Assembly: GCA_964016885.1 (NCBI GenBank)
Contig: OZ024744.1
Coordinates: 77,748,001 to 77,812,000 of the forward strand
Length of the DNA stretch: 64,000 nucleotides
Reading direction: 5' to 3'
Source of the DNA: Eledone cirrhosa
Lineage: Eukaryota
Below, piece after piece: positions 11,932-23,284 of this stretch (within the stretch, counting starts at the first letter, position 1; every line of letters begins with the position of its first letter). Below the pieces are notes generated by a model. The model was not told the origin of the DNA. It ran no database searches and saw nothing but the letters and a program-made list of their open reading frames with translations. A program made the translations under genes and the position numbers.

Positions 11932-12016
11932 CATCTATATTAAAACTTTTATACTCTGCTATGTATTGAGTACCTTACTTACTGTGGTTACCTCTGATTC
12001 AACTCGGAATAACTTA

Positions 12017-12075
<59 letters not shown>

Positions 12076-12228
12076 TTATGGAAATATACATATAATTGGT
12101 CTTACACCATTTGTCATTTTCAATATATCACCTTAAATCATGTTAGATAAATATGGTTGTATATATGCATATAAATATGTGTGTGTATAATGGAGGGCAA
12201 GCCATATGTATATAGATGAATGTATTTG

Positions 12229-12292
<64 letters not shown>

Positions 12293-12952
12293 CAATAAAT
12301 AAATAAAGGGCTAAATAAAATAAAAAAAAGATAAATGCTTTTATTGAGACATTATCTTCTTAAGAGGAAACATTAGAGGAAACTAGGGTCAAATACAGTT
12401 CAAATAATAATAATAGTTATAATAGTGATGATGATGATGATGATGATGACGAGCATGGTTATGATGATTATGATGATAATGATAATGATGATGATGATGA
12501 TGATGATGATGATAGTGATGATGATGATGATAATATCTATAAATGACATTAATACAACCCCATGGCTATATTGACTGACAGGGAAGTTTGTAAAGGTAAA
12601 ATGTTGAGGTAACAGCTAAATCAAATATTTGGAGGGGGAGGTGGTGATAAAGGGTGAGGGGGTGTTATTTTGTTGTTGTTGTTGTTGTTGTTGCTTTCAA
12701 GGAGATTTATTGTTATTTTGTTTTGCTTTTATGTATGTGTATAGTTTTGAGGAGGGGGGGGGTGCTAAAAACCTTAATGATGTTTTAATGAAAACCTTTG
12801 GGTGTGTTATGTGAGAAGAAAAGAATAAATTTCTTTTAAAAGCTAAAACAAAAAAAATAGGATGGAAAAAGGAAAAAAAGTGAACATATATCTTTTCATT
12901 TTTGTATATATATTTTTCAGTATAAATATATATATATGAGTGTGTGTGTGTG

Positions 12953-12997
<45 letters not shown>

Positions 12998-13000
<3 letters not shown>

Positions 13001-13185
13001 AACAAGTATGACCCCGACGGCAGAGCTCAAGCCGTTTCGACGGCTAATCCAGAATTAGCCGTCGAAACGGCTTGAGCTCTGCCGTTGGGGTCATACTTGT
13101 TCCTATTACCCACTCTACAACCTTAAGTATTGAGTACTTTGCTGCGTTATGGTCCATCTGGTTCCTTACCACATTTCCTTCGTTA
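12998..13185. mobile_element. Mini inverted family E pLTR end
   Basis: AGGAACAAGTATGACCCCGACGGC.../...GGGGTCATACTTGTTCCT plus tail with TATTGAGTAC; TA flanks. Confidence 0.75.
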
Positions 13186-14173
13186 TATATATATATATAT
13201 ATATAACGGAGGAGTTGTGGTAAGGAACCAGATGTACCATAACGCAGCAAAGTACTCAATACTTAGGGTAGTAGAGTGGGTAATAGGAGAAAGTATGACC
13301 CCGACGGCAGAGCTCAAGCCGTTTCGACGGCTATTTCTGGATTAAAGTAAGAGTTTTTTTAGTCTGGTAAATAAATAGCCGAACTTTTCAAGGGTACTTC
13401 CTTATATGGAAATATTGTAATTGTCAAGGGGATTGGTCAAAATTTGTAGAGGACACAGAAAAGTCTATCATGGCAGTGGGTACAGGGTGGGTATGGCTGA
13501 ACTTGCCTGTAGAACGATAGGGGAGTGGGTAGAGCCGGTCAAGCGTAGAAGGTGAAATCTACACGGCAAATTCAAAGGAATGTGTAGAGGAGATTGGCGA
13601 AAAATGGTATCTTTAGAAAGTGGAGGAGGGACGTTATAGAGATAGTAAATCAAATGCGATTAGGGGACAAAGAAAAATTATAATTTAAAAAATGAGAGAA
13701 ATATGTAACAGAAAGTAAGATTGGAAAGTGAGAAGTGAAATAAGGAGTCTAACAGAGCTTACTATATTTCGGCGAAAGCCACAGAATGAGTTGCTAGATG
13801 AGAATAATTGAACAATTTAGTATTAAAAATTAATACCACATATCTGGGGTCTAACACAGCTGCTATGAATAGTTAGGATAGCGTAATCAGCGAGAGTTAT
13901 CTGTAAGTTACTGAGGCTAAAGAGGCCCGATGGGCTGCGTCAAGGTAGGCGAAAGGGGGGAAAAAACCAAAGAAACGAACGAGGAAGAAGTTCGGTAGTG
14001 GAAAGAAGTGATAGGGGGAGACAAAGGGAAGAAGAAAACATAGAGGAAAAGAAAAGAGGTACATCTACCTATATCAGTAGGAGTTTACCCTATCTTATTC
14101 GGCAAGTGGGGTGTTTCAGTCCTAGTCTACCCACCCGGATCGTTAGGGGGTTTGAGGGCGAGGTAAGTCTTAA

Positions 14174-14494
14174 AGTCACTTTAAGACCCGGCTCTACCAA
14201 CACCGACATACATTCCGGAACCCGGCCCGGCGACCTGCCACCACACTTTCGGACCATCTCTGGGACCTCCAAGATAATAATATAACTTACAATCTTACTT
14301 GGAGCTTACTGTCCAGAGCTAACTCTTACACGGGAAGACGCCGTCCGTGTAACTTATGCTCGGAGGAAACATTACAAATGCTGTTTACGAAGGATCAACT
14401 CCTAAACAAAAAAGACGAACTGGTAACTGCATGCAAACACAGATTGCGGAAGACTTACCTCGCCCTTAAACCCCATAACGACCCGGGTGGGTAG
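14174..14494 (+). pseudogene. C-terminal GIY-YIG endonuclease fragment of a Penelope-like element (Hydra-clade-like)
   Basis: Stop-free frame SHFKTRLYQHRHTFRNPARRPATTLSDHLWDLQDNNITYNLTWSLLSRANSYTGRRRPCNLCSEETLQMLFTKDQLLNKKDELVTACKHRLRKTYLALKPHNDPGG*; KxRxxxH, W, CxxC..CxH motifs. Confidence 0.85.
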
Positions 14495-15220
14495 ACTAGG
14501 GCTGAAACATCCCACATGCCGAATAAGATAGGGTAAACCCCTACTGATATAGGTAGATGTACCTCTTTTCTTTTCCTCCATGTTTTCTTCTTCCCTTTGT
14601 CTCCCACTATCACTTCTTTCCACCACCGAACTTCTTCCTCTTTCGTTTCTTTGGCCTCAGTACCCCCACTTCAGTAACTTACAGATAGCTTTCGCTGATT
14701 ACGTTATCCTAACTATTCATAGCAGCTGTGTTAGACCCCAGTTATGTGGTATTAATTTTTAATACTAAATTTTTAATACTAAATTTTTAATTCTAAATTG
14801 TTCAATTATTCTCATCTAGCAACTCATTCTGTGGCTTTCGCCGAAATATAGTAAGCTCTGTTAGACTCCTTTTTTCACTTCTCACTTTCCAAACTTACTT
14901 TCTGTTACATATTTCTCTCATTTTTTAATTATATTTTTTCTTTGTCCCCTAATCGCATTTGATTTACTATCTCTATAACGTCCCTCCTCCACTTTCTAAA
15001 GATACCATTTTTCACCAACCTCCTCTGGCCTGTTCATACACATTCCTTTGAATTTGCCGTGTAGATTTCACCTTCTACGTTTGACCGGCTCTACCAACTC
15101 CCCTACCGTTCTACAGGCAGGTTCAGCCATACCCACCCCGCACCCAGTGCCATGATAGACTTTTCTGTGTCCGCTACAAATTTTGACCAATCCCCTTGAC
15201 AACTACAATATTTCCATATA

Positions 15221-15326
15221 AGGAAGTACCCTTGAAAAGTTCGGCTATTTATTTACCAGACTAAAAAAACTCTTAGTTTAGTCCAGAAATAGCCGTCGAA
15301 ACGGCTTGAGCTCTGCCGTCGGGGTC
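15221..15326 (+). ncRNA. Type I hammerhead ribozyme, U3-A8 core variant (family E); mirror copy 13295-13402 (-)
   Basis: ACCC-TTGAAAA-G.CGGCTATTT..GACTAAA..TTTAGTC..AAATAGCCG.C-GAAACGGC-ttgagctct-GCCGT-C-GGGG; GUC site at 15318-15320. Confidence 0.75.
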
Positions 15327-15332
15327 ATACTT

Positions 15333-15425
<93 letters not shown>

Positions 15426-15461
15426 GTATATATAAAATATATTATGTATTTTATATATATA

Positions 15462-16097
15462 CTAGCAGTAAAGCCCGGCGTTGCTCGGTAGCTGTGTTAA
15501 AGTTACAATGTTAAGTTTCTTTTTTGGCTTAAAGTCTGTCTGCACGACTGTCTGTCTGCACGCCTAACGAAATTTACAGATACATATATTTTAAATAAAC
15601 TTATATAATTTTTGCTTTTTTTTACGAAATATTTGCTTGTTTTACGTAGTCTTTAAATAGACTTGTTTTCAAGTAAAAATATTGTTTTAAAAGGCTTTTA
15701 AATGGAAATGAAGCAAAACGGATTCTTAGTGTTCGAACTGATGAATTTTGCAGGTCAAAATTTTGCTGGCTCGACAACTGTTCGTGTATTGTGTTAATGT
15801 CATTTTAAACGCTGAGAAAGCCAGCGTCATTTTTTTAATTTTTGCACGCAGAAAATGTAAACAGAACGTAAGGCGCTCAATGTAAACAGAACAAAGGGAA
15901 ATAACTCGTCACTTACACTCAAAAATCGATACATTAGATTCGATTTCGTCAATTTGAAATATTTGTTTTCCGATGTCTTCGCTAGGGCTCAATGTACAAG
16001 TATAGCAATTTCGGTGCAATTCCGTCAGAGATTCTAAGAGGAGATGTGTGCCAAAAATCGATAGACAGACAGACAACCACAGGTTTATATATATAGA
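15462..16097 (-). mobile_element. Non-autonomous Helitron
   Basis: Minus strand starts TCTATATATATAAA and ends with hairpin CCGAGCAACGCCGGG..CTAG; inserted at A|T with no TSD. Confidence 0.8.
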
Positions 16098-16184
16098 TTA
16101 TATATATATATAATACATTATATATCATATAGATATAGATATGTAAAAGGTAAACAGAAATAACAACACAATCGGTACAGTATA

Positions 16185-16215
<31 letters not shown>

Positions 16216-16217
16216 CA

Positions 16218-17247
16218 TGAGGAATTCCAGTAGGAGTTCATCAAGGTTCGGTCCTCAGCCCGCTCTTGTTCATTATAGTTCTCTAAGCCATAACAGAGGA
16301 GTTTAAGACTAGCTGTCCACGGGAACTTCTCTATGCTGACGATCTGGTTCTTATAGCAGAATCAGTAGAGGAGCTAGAGAATAAATTCTGGCTATAGAAA
16401 CAGCAGTTGGAAGCAAGAGGACTGAGAGTGAACCTAGCTAAGACAAAAGTCTTGATGAGTAGAAAAGAGGACAAAACTCTGATTCCGTCAGGGAAATGGC
16501 CATGTTCGATATGCATAAAAGGAACTGGCATAAGTTCTATAAAATGCACACAATGCAGATCCTGGGTACACAAGAGATGTAGCGGGATAGCAGGCAAACT
16601 AACAGGTAGGGAGAAATATGTATGCAGTAGATGTACAGGGAAATTAGACAGTAGAAGTCGCATTGATAGACACATTTTTCAAATGCAGGAGGGCGCTATA
16701 GAAGTGGTGGATAGCTTCCGGTACCTAGGAGATCAGGTTAGCATGGGACGGGGGTGTTCCGAGGCCATAGTATCTAGAATAAGGACGGGTTGGAAGAAGT
16801 TTAGGGAGCTGCTTCCTCTGCTGACGAAGAAGGGTTTCTCCCTACGTACGAAAGGCCGGTTATATGATGCCTGTGTGAGGAGCGCGATGCTGCATGGTAG
16901 TGAGACATGGGCAGCAACTGCAGAGGATTTGCGACGGCTGGAGAGAAATTAGGCAAGCATGCTCCGTTGGATGTGCAGTGTAAATGTGCGTGAACGACCC
17001 AGCATGAATGTGTTGAGAGAGAAACTGCGTCTGAGAGAGATAAAATGTAGTGTACGGGAGAGGAGACTGAGGTGGTATGGACATGTGATGCGCATGGAGG
17101 ATGACCGATGGGTGAAGAAGTGCCAGGAAATGCCAGTCGAAGGAAGACGTGGTAGAGGTAGACCACGAAAAACATGGGCGGAGGTGGTGAGAACAGACCT
17201 CAGATCGTTGAAGCTCACGGTGGAGATGACGAAGGACCGTGACGCAA
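16218..17247 (+). mobile_element. RTE LINE ORF 3' half with PHD-like zinc finger (nonsense mutations)
   Basis: GVHQGSVLSPLLF, LLYADDL, C-x2-C..C-x2-C..H-x2-C..C-x2-C, FRYLGD, LHGSETW, RRLRWYGHV. Confidence 0.9.
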
Positions 17248-17507
17248 GTTCTTATGTTCAAAATGAATTATTGACTTGATTTTCTCATTTTTTCCTCTCT
17301 ACGTTGCCTCACCATTCGTGTTTGTTTACCTGTCTCTCTTTCTCCACTCAACTCTTTTTATCCTAATAGCTTAATTTAGTTATTGTATCGCCCTTGCTTG
17401 AGGTATATGGTCTGTAATGCGAAGAAATACCTATGATGGCTAGTAGACCACTGATGACGGATATTCCTGGCTTCTATTTCTAATTCTTCATTTATTATAT
17501 ATATCCA

Positions 17508-17858
17508 TGGAGGCACATGGCTTAGTGGTTAGAGCATTGGTCTTGCAATCGAAAGGTTGTGAGTTCAATTCTCAGACCGGGTGACGTGTTGTTTCCTTGA
17601 GCAAGACACTTTATTTCACATTGCTCCAGTTTACTCAGCTGTAGAAATGAGATGATAGGGACTAGAGTCCCTATTATTCCACTGCAAAGTGTCGTGGAGG
17701 AGCCACGGCAAAAAAGCACCCAGCACGCACTGTAAATGAGGTTGGTGTTAGGAAGGGCATCCAGCTGTAGAAATCAAGCCAGAATCAGTTCCCGCCCCAC
17801 CCTTGCAAGCAGGGAAAAAGTGGACGTAAGATGAAATGATGATGATGATGATGATGAT
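17508..17858 (+). mobile_element. SINE family 1
   Basis: Full copy homologous to 10203-10540, with (ATG)n tail. Confidence 0.85.
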
Positions 17859-18354
17859 CCTATATGCAACAACACAGCTCGCCATTTTTCATTCATATAT
17901 ATATATGTATATATTAGCGTATGTTTACATGTATTATATGTGTGAATGCGTGTGTGTATTTACATGTGTGTATGAAAATCTGCTTGAATTAAAAAATAAA
18001 TATTAGAAAAGTTTGAAATTTGAAATGTTGATAGGTAACCCAACAGAAAATGACTGGAATAAATAGTTCATCACTTTAATGAGAAAATCAATTAAATTGC
18101 AAACTTCTGGAAAGTTGTTTGAATGATTTGAAATTTGAAATGTTGAAATCGAAACACAATCACTATAAATGGTAATAGTATTAGAAAATTTGGGTAGAAT
18201 ACCCTTAAAGACAGAAAATAAATGGACAGCAGCCACTACAGATGTGGCTGTTGGTTACTCTTTTCTGTCCCAAAAGGTATTTTACCTGATTTTCTAATGC
18301 TATTATCATTTATAGTGATTGTGTGTTTGGATTTCAATGTTTTATATATATAAG

Positions 18355-18525
18355 TAGAGGAAGACCACGAAAAACATGGGCGGAGGTGGTGAGAGCGTAC
18401 CACAGATCATTGAAGCTCACGGAAAGATGACAAAGACCATGATGAATGGAGAGATGCTGTGCTGAAGAGGACATGTCCCACCCTTGCAAACAGGGAAAAG
18501 CAGACATAAAATGATGATGATGATG
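18355..18525 (+). mobile_element. RTE extreme 3' fragment
   Basis: RGRPRKTWAEVVR.. plus 3' tail and (ATG)n. Confidence 0.8.
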
Positions 18526-18662
18526 ATATATATAAATATATATATTCATTAGTTAAGCAAAGCAAGACCACAAAATTCACATAGTCAACATAGTTGCAGT
18601 TTAATGTAAGGAATAAGGAGTGTAATTATAGTTTAATGTAAGGAAAAATAATAATAATGTCC

Positions 18663-18783
18663 GTTTACAATTGTTTCGCTACTCCATATAATGTTTCTGG
18701 ATCAATTGATTATAGATCATTATTGATCTGGTTCAGATGAAGATAAGTAACTTGGGTAATATTATGGAGCAGCTCTTCAGAAC
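18663..18783 (-). ncRNA. Type I hammerhead ribozyme with ~95-nt stem II (family F)
   Basis: GTT-CTGAAGA-GCTGCTCCATA...TATGGAGTAGC-GAAACAATTGT-A-AAC; palindromic ACAATTGT, GUA site. Confidence 0.8.
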
Positions 18784-19198
18784 TTCAAATGAGATAATGA
18801 AAATATTGATAAAGATAAGATGGAATAAGGAATATAAAATAAAGTAAAGTAAGATGGTTACGTGAATGTAATGTTCCATATATTGGTATTTCACGAAAGG
18901 GGTCATGGATATGTCTAGTGTCTGCTATAAGCAAGCATTACGCTTCTGTCGAGGCTGTATTAAGCAAGATCTTCCTATGCGTAACAAAATGGCCACTTTA
19001 GGAAATTTACCTTACTAATTAGAGACGAGTTTCAAGGGAGGTAACTCCTTGAGAAGTTAAAATCATAGGTGATTTATAGCTAAGAAGTGCTAATGAGCTT
19101 AAGTGAGAGACAATGTAGGGGAGGTAACTTATAATTATCCACGTCTGGGTTAAATATTTAACATGCTAGCTATAGCATGTAATAGCGAGATTTGATGA

Positions 19199-19453
19199 CT
19201 ATGTTGGGTCGAATATTCTGTTGGCGAAGGAATTTGCCCTTAGATGGTGACAGTTAATAGTTACCTCATTTCTATCGTTAATAGGTTGTGGTTGTGACAA
19301 ACTTATGTAATAGGCCTCGGTAAGACAGAGATCACAACAGTTTCTTCGTCCATTGAATGCTGGGGATCTAGCCAAGATATCCCATGTTAGTGAGTGTTCA
19401 ATGTTGGTTAATTTAAGGTTTTTAATGAGCCTAGCTAGAGATGTTGAGCATCT
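19199..19453 (-). pseudogene. C-terminal Penelope-like endonuclease fragment
   Basis: RCSTSLARLIKNLKLTNIEHSLTWDILARSPAFNGRRNCCDLCLTEAYYISLSQPQPINDRNEVTINCHHLRANSFANRIFDPT*; aligns by eye with 14174-14494. Confidence 0.8.
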
Positions 19454-19544
19454 ATATATTCATATATATATATTCATATATATATATTTAAAAAACCAAC
19501 AGAAGGGAGGACTGGAAGATATGCTGTAAATTTTTATTCCATAA

Positions 19545-19621
19545 AATCACTATACATATTTCAATGGCCCAGCTCTATCATCCATTTATGATGCGAGACA
19601 GGATGGTCTCATCAGGTAACT
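19545..19621 (-). ncRNA. Type I hammerhead ribozyme, partly decayed (family G)
   Basis: AGTTAC-CTGATGA-[46 nt imperfect stem II]-GAAATATGTAT-A-GTGATT. Confidence 0.6.
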
Positions 19622-19884
19622 AAGACAGAATTACAAAACAGGGTTACATAGAACCCATACTTATCGTAGAAGATAGGGAAAAGAGGAGCAAAGAGAATAG
19701 CAAATTGAAAAATGGAAAAATTGAAAAATGAAAATGAAAATTTGACTAGGAGCCTGCCTGCAAAAAGACTGTTGTATATCATCATCATCATCGTTTAACA
19801 TCCATCTTCCAAACTAGCATGGGTAAGACAGTTTTGTTCCATTTGATGCGGGTATGGTCGGGAGACCGTGTCTCACTCGTACGG

Positions 19885-19927
<43 letters not shown>

Positions 19928-20249
19928 TGTGTGCGCGCGCGTGTGTGTATGAGTGTGTGTGGGGTTGTGTTATTATAGTGTTATTATAGTGGAGTACTTC
20001 ACTCTTTTGTTTGGCAAGATGAGATAAGCTCAATGCACTTTACCGTCCTCAGTCTCTTGGTAGTATAAACTGGACGATTAAGTAATCGGCAATTAAAATA
20101 TCCTGTTGTTAAGGGCATTTCAGATAGTAGAGCATTTTAATTTCAACGTTATAAGAAAGTCACAAGAATAAATGATAACTTCATATCTGTGACTTTCTTA
20201 TAATTTTGAATATATATTTATATTTCCAACCTCCTCTATAAAGTGATTG

Positions 20250-20540
20250 CCCCTGAAACCACGACAAAAGAGCCCAGCCGACATTATTGTGGTCATCTAG
20301 GTGTAACAACAAAAAGCACCCACCCCACACTGAAAAGTGGTTGTGTAGAAAACATGACAAAAAGCAACCAGCACACACTGTAAATGTGGTTGGCATTAGG
20401 AAGGGTATCCAGCCATAGAAACCAAGACAAAATCAGTTATGTGTGAGTGAAATACGGTCCTCTGACCTAAACTTTCACAGAGGCAAGCACGTCCTACCCA
20501 TGCTAGCATGGAAGATGGATGTTAAACAATGATGATCATG
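20250..20540 (+). mobile_element. SINE-like/RTE-tail element with 42-bp units
   Basis: CACACTGTAAATGTGGTTGGCATTAGGAAGGG..CCCATGCTAGCATGGAAGATGGATGTTAAAC. Confidence 0.6.
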
Positions 20541-20558
20541 ATATATATAAGTACGTAC

Positions 20559-20594
<36 letters not shown>

Positions 20595-20686
20595 ATGAGC
20601 ATGGGTGTACAGTAAGAAAGTTTACATCGTAATCACAGGGTTCCAAGTTCAAAATATATATATATAATCAAGAATGATTATATATA

Positions 20687-20744
<58 letters not shown>

Positions 20745-20845
20745 ACAGTTATATAAGGTACTCAATACTGATGATTATTTATTTCATATAGAAATGATTT
20801 CAACTGGAATATTACTGTTTCATTAATTCAAAATCAGCAGGAATG
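20745..20845 (-). mobile_element. Decayed family A-like pLTR/HHR remnant
   Basis: CTGCTGA..GAAACAGtaatattcCAGTTGAAATC plus TATTGAGTAC tail; TA flanks. Confidence 0.5.
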
Positions 20846-21057
20846 ATATATATATATAAACACAAAAAAAAAATAGATCACCATGGTTTAACAATTACTA
20901 CATTATTTATTTGATTTACCAACCCTGCTGACGAGGACGCGGCACGAGGTTACCGACGAAAGATACGCTGGCAAAGCTAGTAAGATCCGGGACCGGAGGC
21001 CAAGGCCGCCATAGAGTATATGACTTCACTTGTATTCCTATGTAAGTATATCTTGGA

Positions 21058-21618
21058 GTAATAAAATTGAAAAAGTGAAGAATAACATGGTCAACAGTAG
21101 AAACAAGGAAATTTATTTACAGTCTAACAATTATTTCAATGATAGAGTTGTCTAAAAATTGCTAAACATTGAAAGCAGTGGCACTCAATTTAAATACATG
21201 TTAACCCCATCATATCCTCAGAGACTATCTTTATCTTTATTATTAATATTATTTTGATGTGATAATGTGAATTCGTAAATTTGCCGGTTACGCATATATT
21301 TGTATTTTCTCTTTCTTCTTTCTTCCTCCCTTCCTTTCCATCTGTCCCCCTTCCTTTGTTTCTCTCTATATCTTTATTATTAATATTATTATTGATGTGG
21401 TAATTTGAATTTGTAAATTTGCCGGTTACGCATATATTTTTATATTTTCTCTCAGTCTCTGAGGATATGATGGGGTTAACATGTATTTTAAATTGAGTGG
21501 CACTACTTTCAGTGTATAGCAATTTTTAGACAACTCTATCATTGAAACAATTGTTAGACTGTAAATAAATTTCCTTGTTTCTACTGTTGACCATGTTATT
21601 CTTCACTTTTTCAATTAT
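21058..21618. mobile_element. Inverted-repeat pLTR remnant (family H)
   Basis: Arms ~21065-21227 and 21453-21616 are reverse complements; internal direct repeat 21228-21312 / 21368-21452. Confidence 0.8.
21453..21561 (+). ncRNA. Type I hammerhead ribozyme with long stem II (family H); mirror copy 21120-21227 (-)
   Basis: CAGTCT-CTGAGGA-tATGATGGGGTT...AACTCTATCATt-GAAACAATTGT-T-AGACTG. Confidence 0.8.
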
Positions 21619-21629
21619 ATATCTATATA

Positions 21630-21950
21630 TCATTTTACGTCCGCTTTACCCTGCTTGCAAGGGTGGGACGGGAACTGATTCTGGCTTGATTTCTACAGCT
21701 GGATGCCCTTCCTAACACCAACCTCATTTACAGTGAGTGCTGGGTGCTATTTTTCCGTGGCGCCTACACGTCCACTTTACAATGTGGGCTGGGTGCTTCC
21801 ACGACCACTTTTGCAGTGGAATGATAGGGACCCCAGTCCTATCATCTCATTTCTACAGCTGAGTAAACTGGAGCAATGTGAAATAATAAAGTGTCTTGCT
21901 CAAGGCAACAACACATCACCCAGTCTGAGAATTGAACTCACAACCTTTCG
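21630..21950 (-). mobile_element. SINE family 1
   Basis: Reverse-complement copy of 10203-10540, with a small internal duplication. Confidence 0.8.
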
Positions 21951-22375
21951 ATATATATATATATATTTATTTATATCTCTTTATATATATGTATATATAT
22001 CCTCTCTCTTCCCACTATTTCAAGCGTTAAGCTAATATATATTTCTTCCATATACTGTACCCATTCCATCTGTAAGGTGATCGTTTTGGTGTCATGATAA
22101 AAAGTATCCAGCCCACATTGTAATATGGTTGGTGTTAGGAATGGCATCCAGCCATAGAAACGAAAATAGAAGCCAAAATACAGATCCATATGTGCATAAT
22201 GTTGTCTCTGGACCTGACTTATCTCATAACATACTAAAACATCTAACCCATGCAAGCATGGAAAATGGATGTTAAATGATGATGATGATGATGATATGTA
22301 AATTCAATGTGGACATTAAATGGTGATTATGATGATGATGATAATATATGAATTTAACGTGCAAGCAGAAATAAA

Positions 22376-22975
22376 TCAGGGCTCTGTTCTTAACCCTCTC
22401 CTGTTTATTATCGTTCTGCAGGCTGTAACAGAGGAATTTAAGACTGGCTGCCCATAGAAACTCCTATATGTAGATGATCTAACTGCCATACCAAAATCTA
22501 TGGCAAAATTAGAGAAGAAATTCCAAACTTGGAAGTATAGCCTAGAATCAAAAGATCTTAAAGTCAAGTTGACAAAGAGTAAAGTCCTAGTAAGTAGAAA
22601 GGAAAACAGGGCCCAGATCCCCACAGGGAAATGGCTTTGCTCAGTGTGCATGAAAGTAATAGGTAGAAGTTCCTGATGCAAACTATGGTTACATAAGAGA
22701 TGTAGTGGGATCTCAGGCAAGTTGACAAAGAATGTAGGTTTTATATGTGGTCAATGTACTGGAGCAAGAACTCACAGAAAAGAAGCTCTTACAAATACTC
22801 AGATGGCTCTGTAGAAGTTGAAAGCTGGGTGGCCAAATCAGTAATGGAGGTAGGTGTTCTGAAAGAACTCTAACCAGCGTGAGAATTGGATGGAAAATGT
22901 TCAGGGAGTTATGATAGTTACAAAAAGTTTTCCCCTCAAAATGAAAGGTAAATTGTATGAATCTTGTGTATGTTA
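22376..22975 (+). mobile_element. Old RTE LINE fragment
   Basis: QGSVLNPLLFIIVL..LLYVDDL..GKWLCSVC; many stops. Confidence 0.8.
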
Positions 22976-23143
22976 ACATCCACATGTGTATGTGTATGTG
23001 CATCATCCACTTTTCTAAAAAATAAATCATACACAACAGTTTTGCAAGAGATGTCAACATGAATGGACCTGTTATTTTTATCTAAAGACATTTTTCCAAT
23101 TACATCCCGCCCGTCCCCTCAATCTATCTTATTTCTCATTCTT

Positions 23144-23179
23144 TCTTCTGATGAAGGACTAGCGTCCGAAATGTTAAGA
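23144..23179 (+). ncRNA. Minimal type I hammerhead ribozyme (family B)
   Basis: TCTT-CTGATGA-A-GGACtagcGTCC-GAAATGTT-AAGA; within pLTR remnant 23100-23265. Confidence 0.7.
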
Positions 23180-23284
23180 CCCTCTTCCTGCTATATCAAG
23201 TGTTAACCTAATATATCCCTTCCATATACTGTACCGATTGAGTTGTTATTTCTATTTACCTTTTAACACATATATATATATATA

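Larger units (their letters stand above)
13205..15337 (+). mobile_element. 5'-truncated Penelope-like element with inverted pLTR (family E)
   Basis: ~880-bp inverted arms (13288-14171 vs 14450-15336) around an endonuclease-coding spacer; HHR near the outer end of each arm; (TA)n on both sides. Confidence 0.85.
18548..19453 (-). mobile_element. 5'-truncated Penelope-like element (family F)
   Basis: Endonuclease C-terminus, then ~400-bp UTR, HHR and tail; flanked by TA repeats. Confidence 0.85.

Noticed and set aside
14174-14494. Selenoprotein-type (Naiad) PLE
   Set aside because: No in-frame TGA in either endonuclease fragment and no SECIS identifiable by eye
17445-17480. CTGATGA hammerhead-like box
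   Set aside because: No downstream GAAA, stem III or NUH found
17510-17580. tRNA gene
   Set aside because: tRNA-like head continues into a multi-copy SINE body, with no complete cloverleaf
20925-20995. CTGACGA...GAAA candidate hammerhead
   Set aside because: Could not form convincing stem I and stem III with a valid cleavage triplet
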